Assembly: GCA_963786955.1 (NCBI GenBank)
Contig: CAWBAT010000007.1
Span: 1 to 64,000 of the forward strand
DNA length: 64,000 nt
Reading direction: 5' to 3'
Source of the DNA: an uncultured Acidimicrobiia bacterium
Lineage (GTDB): Bacteria > Acidobacteriota > Terriglobia > Versatilivoradales > Versatilivoraceae
Of the stretch, positions 19,723 to 28,922 are shown in pieces. Positions within the stretch are counted from its first letter, which is position 1; every line of letters starts with the position of its first letter. A program made the translations under genes and the position numbers. The notes below the pieces were generated by a model that saw only the letters and a list, made by a program, of their open reading frames with translations, ran no database searches and was not told where the DNA came from.

Positions 19723-20094
19723 ATGATTGCGATGGCAAAAATGGAACGCAAGACATTTGACACTCCGGAGGAAACGCGGATAGTTGACAAAGGCAAGATC
19801 GACGTCGTCAAGCTCGGCGACGTGACGGCGATGCGGGTGCGCTTCGAACCGGGCTGGCGGTGGTCTGAATGTGTCAAGCCAGTTGCAGGAACCGACAGCT
19901 GCAAGGTTGCGCATTTGATGCACGTGGTTGCAGGGCGTATGGGCGTTCGAATGGATGACGGCACCGAAGTCGAGTTCAGACCTGGAGACGTTGGAATAAT
20001 CCCCCCGGGGCATGACGCCTGGATCATCGGGCAAGAGCCTTTCGTGGGGATTGATTTCCAGGGTGGGGCTGTCTATGCCAAGCCCCAGAAGTGA
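19723..20094 (+). CDS. cupin domain protein
   Basis: EPGWRWSECVKP..GTDSC and IPPGHDAW motifs; AAGGAG RBS. Confidence 0.85.
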   Translation: MIAMAKMERKTFDTPEETRIVDKGKIDVVKLGDVTAMRVRFEPGWRWSECVKPVAGTDSCKVAHLMHVVAGRMGVRMDDGTEVEFRPGDVGIIPPGHDAWIIGQEPFVGIDFQGGAVYAKPQK

Positions 20095-20301
20095 GCAGGA
20101 GCCGAACCTGAAAAGCTGCAAAAAACCTGGACCCGAAATGCAAGGCACCGGTCCCGTGGTTGGTTTAGGCAAGAAAGTGGCTTAACAACGGGATGCCCCG
20201 GATGCCGTTGCGCGCCGCCGCGGCACACGTTATTATTGTGGCGCAACGCTGAGTTACGTTACGAAACGGCAGGGAAACTGTTCTATTTGGAGGACGTTAG
20301 G

Positions 20302-21021
20302 ATGGCGAAAGAGAAAGATAGACCCACGGTTGGAACTGACGGACGTGCGCTGCCCGTCCTGCCACCGGAACGCGATGCTCGAGTATGGGCTCGATTGGTC
20401 CGGGTGTTGTTTTATACCCCTGGTTTCATGGCAATCCTGTTGCTCAAGACCGGCGAACCCGCGGGCTTCGGCATCACTGTTGAGTTGCTGATGCTGTCCA
20501 GTGCGGCGGCCATCGTCGCCGGCCTTTTCATCGGTACTGAGTCTGCTGGCGAAGGGGCCGATCATTCGTCCAGGGTCGGCACCTGGTGCGGGTCGCTGGT
20601 GATGGAGTTGCTTTCTGTAGTGCCCTTCTTGTGCGCCGTGCCGTCGTTATTCCATGAACTGGCGCACAGCACGTTGCTGCACACCAAGGCGCCCGCCGCT
20701 GTCGATGTGACGCTGGGTGCCTCCGAACTGTTGCCGGCGGTGGCGATTCTCCCGTTTATGCTCTACCAACTTGCCGGGTTCGGCACCCTGCACTTCGTCG
20801 TGCGGAAGCCGGTGAACTGGGTCATCAACATCGCCATACTCGGCTTGATCATCGCCAGCTACATTGCCAATCGCCAGGGCGACTTCGGCACCGAAAAGAG
20901 GTGCGTCGGACTACTGATTTCAATCATGGCCATTACCGTGTTCTATGGCGTCCTCAGGCTCAAGCAGATGCAGGAGAATTACGATTTGCGTCGCCCTCAA
21001 AAAGAAAAAGAGCCGAAGTGA
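20302..21021 (+). CDS. hypothetical membrane protein (about 6 TM)
   Basis: GGAGG RBS before the ATG at 20302; several hydrophobic segments; GC-rich codons. Confidence 0.65.
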   Translation: MAKEKDRPTVGTDGRALPVLPPERDARVWARLVRVLFYTPGFMAILLLKTGEPAGFGITVELLMLSSAAAIVAGLFIGTESAGEGADHSSRVGTWCGSLVMELLSVVPFLCAVPSLFHELAHSTLLHTKAPAAVDVTLGASELLPAVAILPFMLYQLAGFGTLHFVVRKPVNWVINIAILGLIIASYIANRQGDFGTEKRCVGLLISIMAITVFYGVLRLKQMQENYDLRRPQKEKEPK

Positions 21022-21217
21022 AGCGACCACGGAGGGAGGGAGCCATGCCCTCGCGAAGAGTCGAGTGGCCACCCATGACCCCTTCACTCGAAGAGTTCAT
21101 GGATGGCGCAGATGATATTGAGCTTTCCCAGATTTCCGATTTTTGAGACCGCAGGAGTGGTGCGGCTCGCGTGATCGGTGCAATCCGATAACACTCTAAA
21201 AGGGGAGGAAACGCGAC

Positions 21218-22204
21218 GTGTGGTGGATCAGCTATCGAGGTGAAGGCAAGACCGGAGTCGACAACATCGGGGTCTTTGAGGATGATGGCACTCCGCGCAA
21301 GGAGCATCCCTTACTGCTCGACCCGTCGTCCGATGCGCACCCATTGCACATCGCCCGCGGCTTTGCGCTCGTGGGCAACGACCTCTACATCGCCAGCGCC
21401 TGGCGCAAGGACAGCCATGTCGCCCACTACCGCCGCCACGGGGACACCTTTCACTTCACCAATATGTTGGTGACTACCAAGCACGTTGCGGCGATGGTCC
21501 ACCCCTTCGACGTGGAGCTCGGCGACGATGGCCGGCTCTATGTGTCGTGCCAGGACACGAACACTGTAGTCGCCATCCTGCCTGAAACACGCCAGCCCGC
21601 GCCTGTAGCGGCACACCTCCTCAAGAAGTTTCCTGACGGGAACTTCCTTCCCGGGACGCTCGTCGCTTCTAGTCAGGGCCAGCTTCCTGAAGTTGGCGAC
21701 AGCGCGCCGCCGAACGTGCCATCGCCACAGGGCCTCGAGGTAGTGCTCGACAAGCACGGCAAACCCCGGCACTCCGTGCGTGGGATCATTGTGTGCCGCA
21801 AGCATCTCTACGTGGCAGATGAGGCAGGGGACGCGGTCAAGATCTTCGAGGTGGAGTCAGGGCGGCTCGTGGCGCGCATTAAGGGGCGCAAGCTCACGAA
21901 ACCCGTGCACCTCATCCTGCACGGTGAGACACTCTACATCGGCGCCGCCGGCACCGGCAGCATCCTCGCCTTTGACATCCCCACAAAAGCTCCGAGCGGC
22001 AAGCTCAAAGCGCGCACGGTCATTGACGGTAAGCTCAAGGCCCCGTCAGGCTTCGCGATCGGGCCAGAAGACGATATTTACGTGGCTGAACGGTTCAAGC
22101 AGCGGGTGCGGCGCTTCTCTGCGAAGGGGAAGAAGAAGGGAACGTTTATCGATGGGCTTCCCGACATGCCGGAGTTCTTGGTGCATGTGCCGAATAATCT
22201 TTAG
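21218..22204 (+). CDS. NHL/beta-propeller repeat protein
   Basis: Repeated blade motifs (DLYIAS, RLYVS, HLYVAD, TLYIG, DIYVAE); GGAGG upstream of the GTG. Confidence 0.7.
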   Translation: MWWISYRGEGKTGVDNIGVFEDDGTPRKEHPLLLDPSSDAHPLHIARGFALVGNDLYIASAWRKDSHVAHYRRHGDTFHFTNMLVTTKHVAAMVHPFDVELGDDGRLYVSCQDTNTVVAILPETRQPAPVAAHLLKKFPDGNFLPGTLVASSQGQLPEVGDSAPPNVPSPQGLEVVLDKHGKPRHSVRGIIVCRKHLYVADEAGDAVKIFEVESGRLVARIKGRKLTKPVHLILHGETLYIGAAGTGSILAFDIPTKAPSGKLKARTVIDGKLKAPSGFAIGPEDDIYVAERFKQRVRRFSAKGKKKGTFIDGLPDMPEFLVHVPNNL

Positions 22205-22229
22205 AGGTCGCGCCCGGGACTTACGGCCG

Positions 22230-22317
22230 GTGGCGCAGACCCGATTCTTAGGGTCTGCGGCTTTTTGTGGTTTTCCGCGACGAACCGCCGCCGAGTCATA
22301 AAGCGACTCCGCACTAC
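22230..22317 (+). repeat. REP doublet of the RAYT-associated family
   Basis: GTGGCGCAGACCC-gattctta-GGGTCTGCG ... GAGTC-ataaagc-GACTCcgcaCTAC; same layout as 33010-33086. Confidence 0.8.
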
Positions 22318-22418
22318 AAATGCTTTTCGTGGGTTGAAAGCGTCAGCAATTTTATTGGGTATGGCAATCATTAGATACTCTCTCTTCTCTGTCTATCACA
22401 CACAACCTGCTTGTTGTC

Positions 22419-22554
22419 CCGTGGCTGGCGCAGACATCGCTACTTGATGTCTGCGTTTGTTTGAAGATGACGTGATGGCTTCCGGTTGGTGCCGGACTTG
22501 ATATGGAACGTGACCCATCGCAGACATGCCAAACCACGGCATGTCTCGCCACCC
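22419..22554 (-). repeat. long REPIN-like element, copy 2
   Basis: Inverted homologue of 12425-12562. Confidence 0.8.
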
Positions 22555-22631
22555 TGCGGAACCCCGATCACACTTAGTATTGACGATATGTGGCAGCAAA
22601 CTGCCGCTTCGATGGGTCGACCGTGATCCAG

Positions 22632-22660
22632 AAAGCGGTAGCAAGCTACCGCAGTCCAAA
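22632..22660 (-). repeat. REP-like palindrome of a separate family
   Basis: aaaGCGGTAGC-aa-GCTACCGCagtccaaa; a degenerate copy lies near 22590. Confidence 0.55.
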
Positions 22661-22857
22661 ATGTCCAAACTCAAGAGAGCGCAACTTCGCAAGGTAAGAG
22701 CCTTGTCGCCTAAAGAGTAGGTCATGAGGCCATTGCAGAGTTCGGCGTTGCAGGATATCCTTGCCGATAGACTGCAACTTACTGAAACATAGTCCTTGTT
22801 TTTCTTTGACCTCTGATTTAGTTTGGACCTTATTTCTTATTAGGGAGGGCAAGAACC

Positions 22858-23835
22858 ATGAAACGGCGAACCTTCGTAGGAAGCATCGTTGGCGGTATGG
22901 TTGCAGGGGCGGATTTATTGGCGGCACGGGCCGATGTCTCCCAGTTAAAGGCTGGCGACATCCCGATGCGCGTCTTCGGAAAGACAGGCGAAAAATTGAC
23001 GATCATCGGTCAGGCGGGAGGCCGATTCCCATTGATCTCGAAAGAAGAGGCCGAAGCAATTGTCCTGCGAGCGTACGATCTCGGCATTAACTATTTTGAC
23101 AATGCTCACTTGTACTGGGAGGGACGCTCTGAAGAAGTGTACGGAGCAGTGCTCCCCCCTTTCCGGAAAAAGGTGTTTATTACAACCAAGTCCATGAAAC
23201 GAACTCGCAAAGGAGCAGAAGAAGAGCTGAACCTGTCCCTCAAGCGGTTGAAGACAGATTATGTGGACCTTTGGCAGATTCATGCTGTCAGCGAAAAGTC
23301 CGAGGTTCAGGAAATCTTCGCTCCCGGCGGAGCCATTGAGGCATTTGAAGCCGCTAAAAGATCTGGTAAGTGCCGTTTCATTGGATTTACCGGCCACCAT
23401 GATCCGGCGGTCCATTTGGAGATGCTGAAGGCTTACGACAAGTACGATACGATTTTGATGCCGCTGCATATTGCCGATCCGGCCTACCTCAGCTTTGAAA
23501 AACAAGTATTGCCTATCGCAGTTGAGCGGGGCATGGGGATCCAAGGAATGAAGAATTTCGCCAATGCGAAACTCTTGCAGAACTTTAGTGCCGCCGAATG
23601 TTTACGCTATGTGCTCAGCCTTCCCGTTCACTGTACGGCGATCGGTTGCACGACCATTGGCCAATTAGAGGACGACGTACGGATCGCTCAACATTTTAAA
23701 CCTTATTCCGCTGAACAGATGGTGGCCCTCCGGGAGCGGGCGAAATCGATTAAGGGACCTTCGCTGGAGGACTGGAAACGGAACGTTGAGGGTCAGGTTG
23801 CGATGACCAGCCGTCAGCCCTACCACGGTGGATAA
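22858..23835 (+). CDS. aldo/keto reductase with twin-arginine signal
   Basis: MKRRTF; GINYFDNAHLY, SLKRLKTDYVDLWQIH, RFIGFTGH. Confidence 0.9.
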   Translation: MKRRTFVGSIVGGMVAGADLLAARADVSQLKAGDIPMRVFGKTGEKLTIIGQAGGRFPLISKEEAEAIVLRAYDLGINYFDNAHLYWEGRSEEVYGAVLPPFRKKVFITTKSMKRTRKGAEEELNLSLKRLKTDYVDLWQIHAVSEKSEVQEIFAPGGAIEAFEAAKRSGKCRFIGFTGHHDPAVHLEMLKAYDKYDTILMPLHIADPAYLSFEKQVLPIAVERGMGIQGMKNFANAKLLQNFSAAECLRYVLSLPVHCTAIGCTTIGQLEDDVRIAQHFKPYSAEQMVALRERAKSIKGPSLEDWKRNVEGQVAMTSRQPYHGG

Positions 23836-23862
23836 CGGAGACTTCCGGATTCCTTTCGCCAA

Positions 23863-24447
23863 TTGACAACCCTGATGCCTCTTCTGTCAAAATTCCTGAC
23901 CCAGGCGCGGCTTGCTCAAGTCAGTGGGCATATGGGCCGCAAGATTCTTGATATAGGCTGTGGATACGGCGAACTGCTAGAGCACCTTGGTCCTGATGTG
24001 GATTCAGTCGTACTGGTTGACCGAAGTCTCGAGCGCCAGCCGAGAGTAGAAGAGAAGCTTGCAAAGCAAACCGTACCTGGCCGATTCGTCCAGGGGGATA
24101 TTGAGCAGGGGAATTTCGCCTTGACTCATGCATCATTTGACACCGTTGTCATGGCGGCACTGCTGGAACACTTGAAATTGCCGGGGGATGCGCTACGTGA
24201 AATCCAGCGCTTATTGGAGCCGGGGGGGAGACTTCTTCTGACAACCCCTACGCCCCTGGGAGGTTGGATTCACAAGATTACTAGCTATCTGGGTTTAACC
24301 TATCGAGAGGCTGCAAAAGAACACGAAAGGTTTTATGGGAAGAGAAGTTTGACCTCGTTATTGGAGCTTCATGGTTTCGAGGTTCAAGTTTTCAAACCTT
24401 TCCTTTTTGGCCTCAATCAATTTGTGGTGGCTCGAAAGAAGGAATAG
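23863..24447 (+). CDS. class I SAM-dependent methyltransferase
   Basis: ILDIGCGYG motif I; FDTV....LEHL; LEPGG.LLLTTP. Confidence 0.85.
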   Translation: MTTLMPLLSKFLTQARLAQVSGHMGRKILDIGCGYGELLEHLGPDVDSVVLVDRSLERQPRVEEKLAKQTVPGRFVQGDIEQGNFALTHASFDTVVMAALLEHLKLPGDALREIQRLLEPGGRLLLTTPTPLGGWIHKITSYLGLTYREAAKEHERFYGKRSLTSLLELHGFEVQVFKPFLFGLNQFVVARKKE

Positions 24448-24509
24448 ATCACCTTTGGTAAGCCACCGGTAGAGTCTTCTTGGCCCAATCCGACATTTTC
24501 CTTTCGGTT

Positions 24510-24572
24510 TGCTTACTGCCTACTACCTACTACATTCTGCCCACTGCTTTCTGCCGTCTGCCTACTGCCTAC
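24510..24572 (+). repeat. heptamer tandem repeat, TGCCTAC-like x9
   Basis: tgcttac tgcctac tacctac tacattc tgcccac tgctttc tgccgtc tgcctac tgcctac. Confidence 0.8.
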
Positions 24573-25705
24573 TTGACTGTCACCCACTCCCCCGACTTGG
24601 CACTTCGCAGCACCGCATCACAGACCTGCTGAGTTTCCAGGGCATCTCGAAAGGTTGGGCTTGCTGGAATTTTCTGTGCCAGGCCCTCCAGAAAATCGGC
24701 AACCTGATGAACGAAGCTGTGTTCGTAGCCGATCTGGAGACCTGGAACCCACCAGTGGCTCATGTAGGGATGTTCACCATCGGTCACGTGAATGGATCGC
24801 CAGCCACGTAGTCCACTTTCGTCGCGATGATCAAAGTAGGAGAGGCGATGCAGATCGAGCAAGTCCCATTGGATGGACGCCTTCTCACCATTGATCTCAA
24901 AAGTATAAAGGGCCTTATGCCCGCGGGCATAGCGAGTCGATTCGAAAGTAGCCAGGGATCCGTTTTTGAATCGGGCGAGAAAGGCGCAAGCGTCATCAAT
25001 CCCCACTGGTTCAACCTTCCCGGTTAAATTATGTTTGCGTTCTTTTACGAACGTTTCGGTCATGGCGGTCACGCGTTCAATGCCTCCGTTGATCCAGAGA
25101 GCCGTGTCAATGCAATGAGCCAGCAAGTCACCCGTCACACCACTCCCGGCAGCAGCGGCGTCCAGCCGCCAGAGGGCCGTCCCGCCCTGAGGGAGGTCGG
25201 CCGAAATAGTCCAATCCTGCAAGAACACGGCACGGTAATGGAAAATACGGCCTAGCCGGCCTTGTTCAACAAGCTTTTTGGCTAGGGCGACGGCTGGAAG
25301 CCGGCGGTAGTTGTACCAGACCATGTTGGCGACTCCCGCTTTCTCCACGGCTTCCACCATCTCAGCCCCTTCTTGACTATTCATGGCTAAAGGCTTTTCG
25401 CAAAGGATCATCTTGCCAGCCCGGGCTGCAGCCAACGCAATTTCGCGATGTAAGTTATTGGGAGTACAAATATCGATGACGTCAATGTCAGGACGCTCGA
25501 CCAACTTTCTCCAGTCGGTTTCAACCGATTCATAACCCCAGTTTTTTGCAAACGCCTCAGCTTTGCTTGCGTCTCGCGCACAAATCGCCTTCAGCACCGG
25601 GCGATATTCCAGATCGAAGAAGTGATTCACTTTGCGGTAAGCGTTGGAATGCGCCCTCCCCATAAAGCCATAGCCGATCATGCCAAGGTTCAGTGATTTT
25701 GCCAT
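24569..25705 (-). CDS. Gfo/Idh/MocA family oxidoreductase
   Basis: [21 protein letters not shown] and GDLLAH motifs. Confidence 0.95.
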   Translation of the reverse strand: MAKSLNLGMIGYGFMGRAHSNAYRKVNHFFDLEYRPVLKAICARDASKAEAFAKNWGYESVETDWRKLVERPDIDVIDICTPNNLHREIALAAARAGKMILCEKPLAMNSQEGAEMVEAVEKAGVANMVWYNYRRLPAVALAKKLVEQGRLGRIFHYRAVFLQDWTISADLPQGGTALWRLDAAAAGSGVTGDLLAHCIDTALWINGGIERVTAMTETFVKERKHNLTGKVEPVGIDDACAFLARFKNGSLATFESTRYARGHKALYTFEINGEKASIQWDLLDLHRLSYFDHRDESGLRGWRSIHVTDGEHPYMSHWWVPGLQIGYEHSFVHQVADFLEGLAQKIPASPTFRDALETQQVCDAVLRSAKSGEWVTVK

Positions 25706-25837
25706 CGTGGTCCTCTCCTTCGGAATGGTGAAGCAGAGATTCTAACCCGAAACGCGGCCGGGATGTCTAAACATCATTCCCAAATCTCTTATAGGAATAG
25801 ATTTCCCGGAGCGCAAGCGGCTATAATACACGCTTAG

Positions 25838-25962
25838 TACTGCTATTCGTAATTACGGTGACGTATCTTAGGATAGGCGCCGCGTGGGGGCACGCGGCCT
25901 ACAAAGTTGTAGGCCGGGTCACCGACCCGGCGTTAACGTCACCGTATTTATGAAACGCAGTA
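25838..25962. mobile_element. MITE-like element (family A, copy 2) containing a GTAG REP pair
   Basis: TACTGCtaTTCgTAAtTACGGTGACG ... CGTCACCGTAtTTAtGAAacGCAGTA; CTTAG directly repeated at 25833-37 and 25963-67. Confidence 0.85.
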
Positions 25963-26013
25963 CTTAGTTACAAAGGATTAGATGTTGATCGTAACTTCCA
26001 CTGAGGTGCTGAG

Positions 26014-26784
26014 ATGCGTCCAACCATTCTTGCCTGGATAATCAACCCAAGCCGCTACATTTTGATTTTTGCCTTATTATCCAGTCTCTCCTTAAGCCGT
26101 GCGAGCGCAGAAACAAATGGGAAGGCAGACCTCGAACCCGCCCAGATTATGGAAGAATTTCGCAAAGTAAGTACGGGAAACCTTTCTGATGCGGTAGAGG
26201 AGGCTACCGGGCAAAGAGGCGCCATGTTTCATGATATGAAGCCCATTTTCAAAACCAAGATTGTGGGTCGCGCGTCTACGGCGGCCCTCCGTCGGGTTTT
26301 TAAAAATGATCCGCGGACCTACCCAAACTACGCCTTACAAGTTTTAGATGAAGCTCCCGCCGGGAGCATTCTCGTTTATGTTTTGGAAGATGGACTGGAA
26401 ATTGCCGGGATCGGCAACTTGATGGCGACGACGGCCAAGGTTCGGAATTTGGCTGGCGCGGTGATTGACGGGGGAGCGCGCGACATCGAGGAGATCACCG
26501 AAATCGGTTTTCCGGTCTTCAGCCGCAGCGTGATTCCCGTGACGTCAGTTGGTAAACTCGTGAGTGTCTCAAAGAACGAACCCGTTCTCTGCGGAGGCAT
26601 TCGTGTTCGGCCAGGGGACTATCTGATGGGGGATTGGGACGGAGTCGTGGTTGTCCCGGTGGAAGTGGCCCCCAGGGTGGTGGAGCTCCTTCACCAATAT
26701 GATGAAAAAGAGAGTAGGATGATCCCCCTGATCAAAGAAAAAAAATCCATGCTCAAGGCTTTGGAATTGTACAATCGGTATTAA
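26014..26784 (+). CDS. RraA/HMG-aldolase family protein with signal peptide
   Basis: SDA, GNLMAT, GAVIDGGARD, V.PGD...GD.DGVVVVP; N-terminal hydrophobic stretch ending ASA-E. Confidence 0.85.
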   Translation: MRPTILAWIINPSRYILIFALLSSLSLSRASAETNGKADLEPAQIMEEFRKVSTGNLSDAVEEATGQRGAMFHDMKPIFKTKIVGRASTAALRRVFKNDPRTYPNYALQVLDEAPAGSILVYVLEDGLEIAGIGNLMATTAKVRNLAGAVIDGGARDIEEITEIGFPVFSRSVIPVTSVGKLVSVSKNEPVLCGGIRVRPGDYLMGDWDGVVVVPVEVAPRVVELLHQYDEKESRMIPLIKEKKSMLKALELYNRY

Positions 26785-26807
26785 GGGTGGTTGAATTCTG
26801 AATACAA

Positions 26808-26911
26808 CTAATACAAACGCATTAAATGGCGTGGCAATCCCGCTTTGGTAGCCACGCTGAGCTAAGCGAGGCGTGAGTGATTCGTAACAATACATAATGC
26901 GTTTGTATTAG
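26808..26911. mobile_element. MITE-like element (family B) with perfect 17-bp terminal inverted repeats
   Basis: CTAATACAAACGCATTA (26808-24) and TAATGCGTTTGTATTAG (26895-911); internal GTAG-CCACGC...GCGTG hairpin. Confidence 0.75.
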
Positions 26912-27072
26912 GGTAAAGTTGGATGAAAAACGAATGGAGGGATAGATCACACTTTCATTGATCGAATGGATTCGATTGCGACTTCATATTCAAGCAAGCG
27001 TATGCGGATGCTTGATGAAGTGTCAAACTGTGCGAGCTTTGAAAAACTAAAAATTCAAAATTGGAGGATTTT

Positions 27073-28570
27073 ATGGGAGTAACCATCGCTAAGCAAGTAT
27101 TCCCGGGCTGTAGAGCAATTCCTGGGGAAGCGGTACAATACAGCTTTTCATTGGAGGGAAATGGCGTCCGTCCAGGAAAGAAGAAACATTTGAGACTGTT
27201 GACCCGGGATCTGGAGAGGTTCTGGCGAAAGTCTCTCATGCCAAGAGCGTCGATGTGGATGAGGCTGTGCAGGCGGGTAAACAGGCATTTCGTCAGACCG
27301 GCTGGGCTACAATGAAGCCCAACGAACGGGGCGTCTATCTGCATCGGTTAGCAGACTTGGTCGAAGCGAACAAAAGTATCCTGGCGGAATTGGAGTCCCT
27401 TGATGTGGGTAAACCACTGGGCCAGGCGACCTGGGATGTGGAAAACTTCTCCGCTACCATGCGTTATTATACGGATCTCTCATTGCATGTCTCTTGGAAG
27501 GACCCCATCCCTGTTCCTCATCACGAAGCTCGTACTGTGCGGCAGCCGTATGGTGTTTGCGGTTTCATCTTTCCATGGAATTTCCCATTCTTGCTGTTGG
27601 GATGGGGACTCTCGCCTGCACTGGCTGCAGGCAATACGGTTGTGGTTAAACCAGCCGAGGATACCCCGTTATCGACACTTTATTTTTCTAAGCTCGTCAA
27701 AGAAGCGGGGATCCCTGATGGAGTCATTAATATCGTTTCGGGGCACGGTGAAACAGCAGGAGCGGCGCTGGCCAATCACCCCGGTTTGAGCCGCATGTCT
27801 TTCACGGGTTCTCCTGAGGTTGGCCGGCTCGTGGCTGAAGCTTGTGGACGTAATTTGGTTCCGGTCAAACTGGAACTGGGAGGAAAAGGAGCGGCTGTAG
27901 TCTTCGAGGATGTGGACATCGAACGCACGGCAGAGCAGCTCGCCCGGGCAGTCACTTTGAATACGGGACAAGTGTGCTGTACGGCTACCCGCTGGATGAT
28001 TCATGAGAAGATCTATGACAAATTCTGTGCTGCGGCAGTGGCAGCGATGCAAAAGGTTAAGGTCGGGTATTGGAACGATCCACAAACAGAGATGGGCCCG
28101 GTCGTGAGTCAAAAACAACGAGAGAGGGTGTTGGGTTATCTCGAAAAAGGGGCTCAAGGAGGTGCTGAGATATTGCTCAAGGGTGGGGCAGCGGAAGTCC
28201 AAGGCAGGGAAAAGGGCTTCTTTGTGAAACCTGCGCTCCTGGCAGGATCCCCCAAAATGTAGCTGCCCGCGAAGAGATTTTTGGACCGGTTTCCTTTATC
28301 ATCCGTTTCCGAGAAGAGGGTGAAGCCGTCGATAAGGTGAACATGTCACGGTACGGATTGGCGAACAGTGTTTGGACCGAGGACCTCAATCGAGCCAACC
28401 GGGTTGCGGAAGCGCTCGTGGCAGGAAACAGCTGGATCAACGCGCATAACGTTTTTGCGCACGGCGTCCCCTACGCGGGTGTCAACCTGAGTGGCATGGG
28501 AGGAGGCGTGCTGGGGCCGGATACTCTGTTTGACTACATGCGTGAGCAGTCGATTGTACGGCCGCTGTAA
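27073..28570 (+). CDS. aldehyde dehydrogenase, split by frameshifts (near 27105-27130 and near 28252)
   Basis: QLFIGGKW, PWNFP, KPAE, FTGS, LELGGK and GQVCC in one frame; EEIFGP, YGLAN and SGMG in the next; GGAGG RBS before the ATG at 27073. Confidence 0.85.
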
Positions 28571-28582
28571 AAGGAATTGTCC

Positions 28583-28795
28583 GTAGCGCAGACCTGATTT
28601 TTAGGTCTGCGGCTTGTTGGTGGAGGTCACGAGGAATTGCCTGTAGCGCAGACCTGATTTCCAAGGTCTGCGGCTTGTTTTTAGGTGTGGGTTACGACGA
28701 ATCGGTTGTAGCGCAGACCTGATTTTTAGGTCTGCGGCTTGTTGGTGGCGGTCTGCGACGAACTGCCGCAGAGTCAAAAAGCGACTCTGCGCTAC
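28583..28795 (+). repeat. GTAG-REP tandem array (3 direct units plus 1 inverted unit)
   Basis: GTAGCGCAGACCT-N6-8-AGGTCTGCGGC at 28583, 28643 and 28708; inverted CGCAGAGTC..GACTCTGCGCTAC ending at 28795. Confidence 0.9.
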
Positions 28796-28860
28796 GCTGT
28801 TTCGTCGTCCTCCATAGTCCTCACACCACAAGGTCTGCACTTCCAGTTAGATGATTAGAC

Positions 28861-28895
28861 ACGAAAGGCTCCCAGCATGTTCGGGAGCCTTTCGT
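28861..28895. terminator. hairpin between convergent ALDH and TonB receptor genes
   Basis: ACGAAAGGCTCCC-agcatgttc-GGGAGCCTTTCGT, perfect 13-bp stem. Confidence 0.65.
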
Positions 28896-28922
28896 GAATT
28901 ATGTACACCTGCGATGTCTATG

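Noticed and set aside
28583-28795. CRISPR array (about 30-bp palindromic repeats at about 60-bp period; also 33699-33848)
   Set aside because: The spacers resemble each other, the repeats vary, the last unit is inverted, no cas genes are present, and the GTAG tag plus a nearby RAYT identify them as REPs
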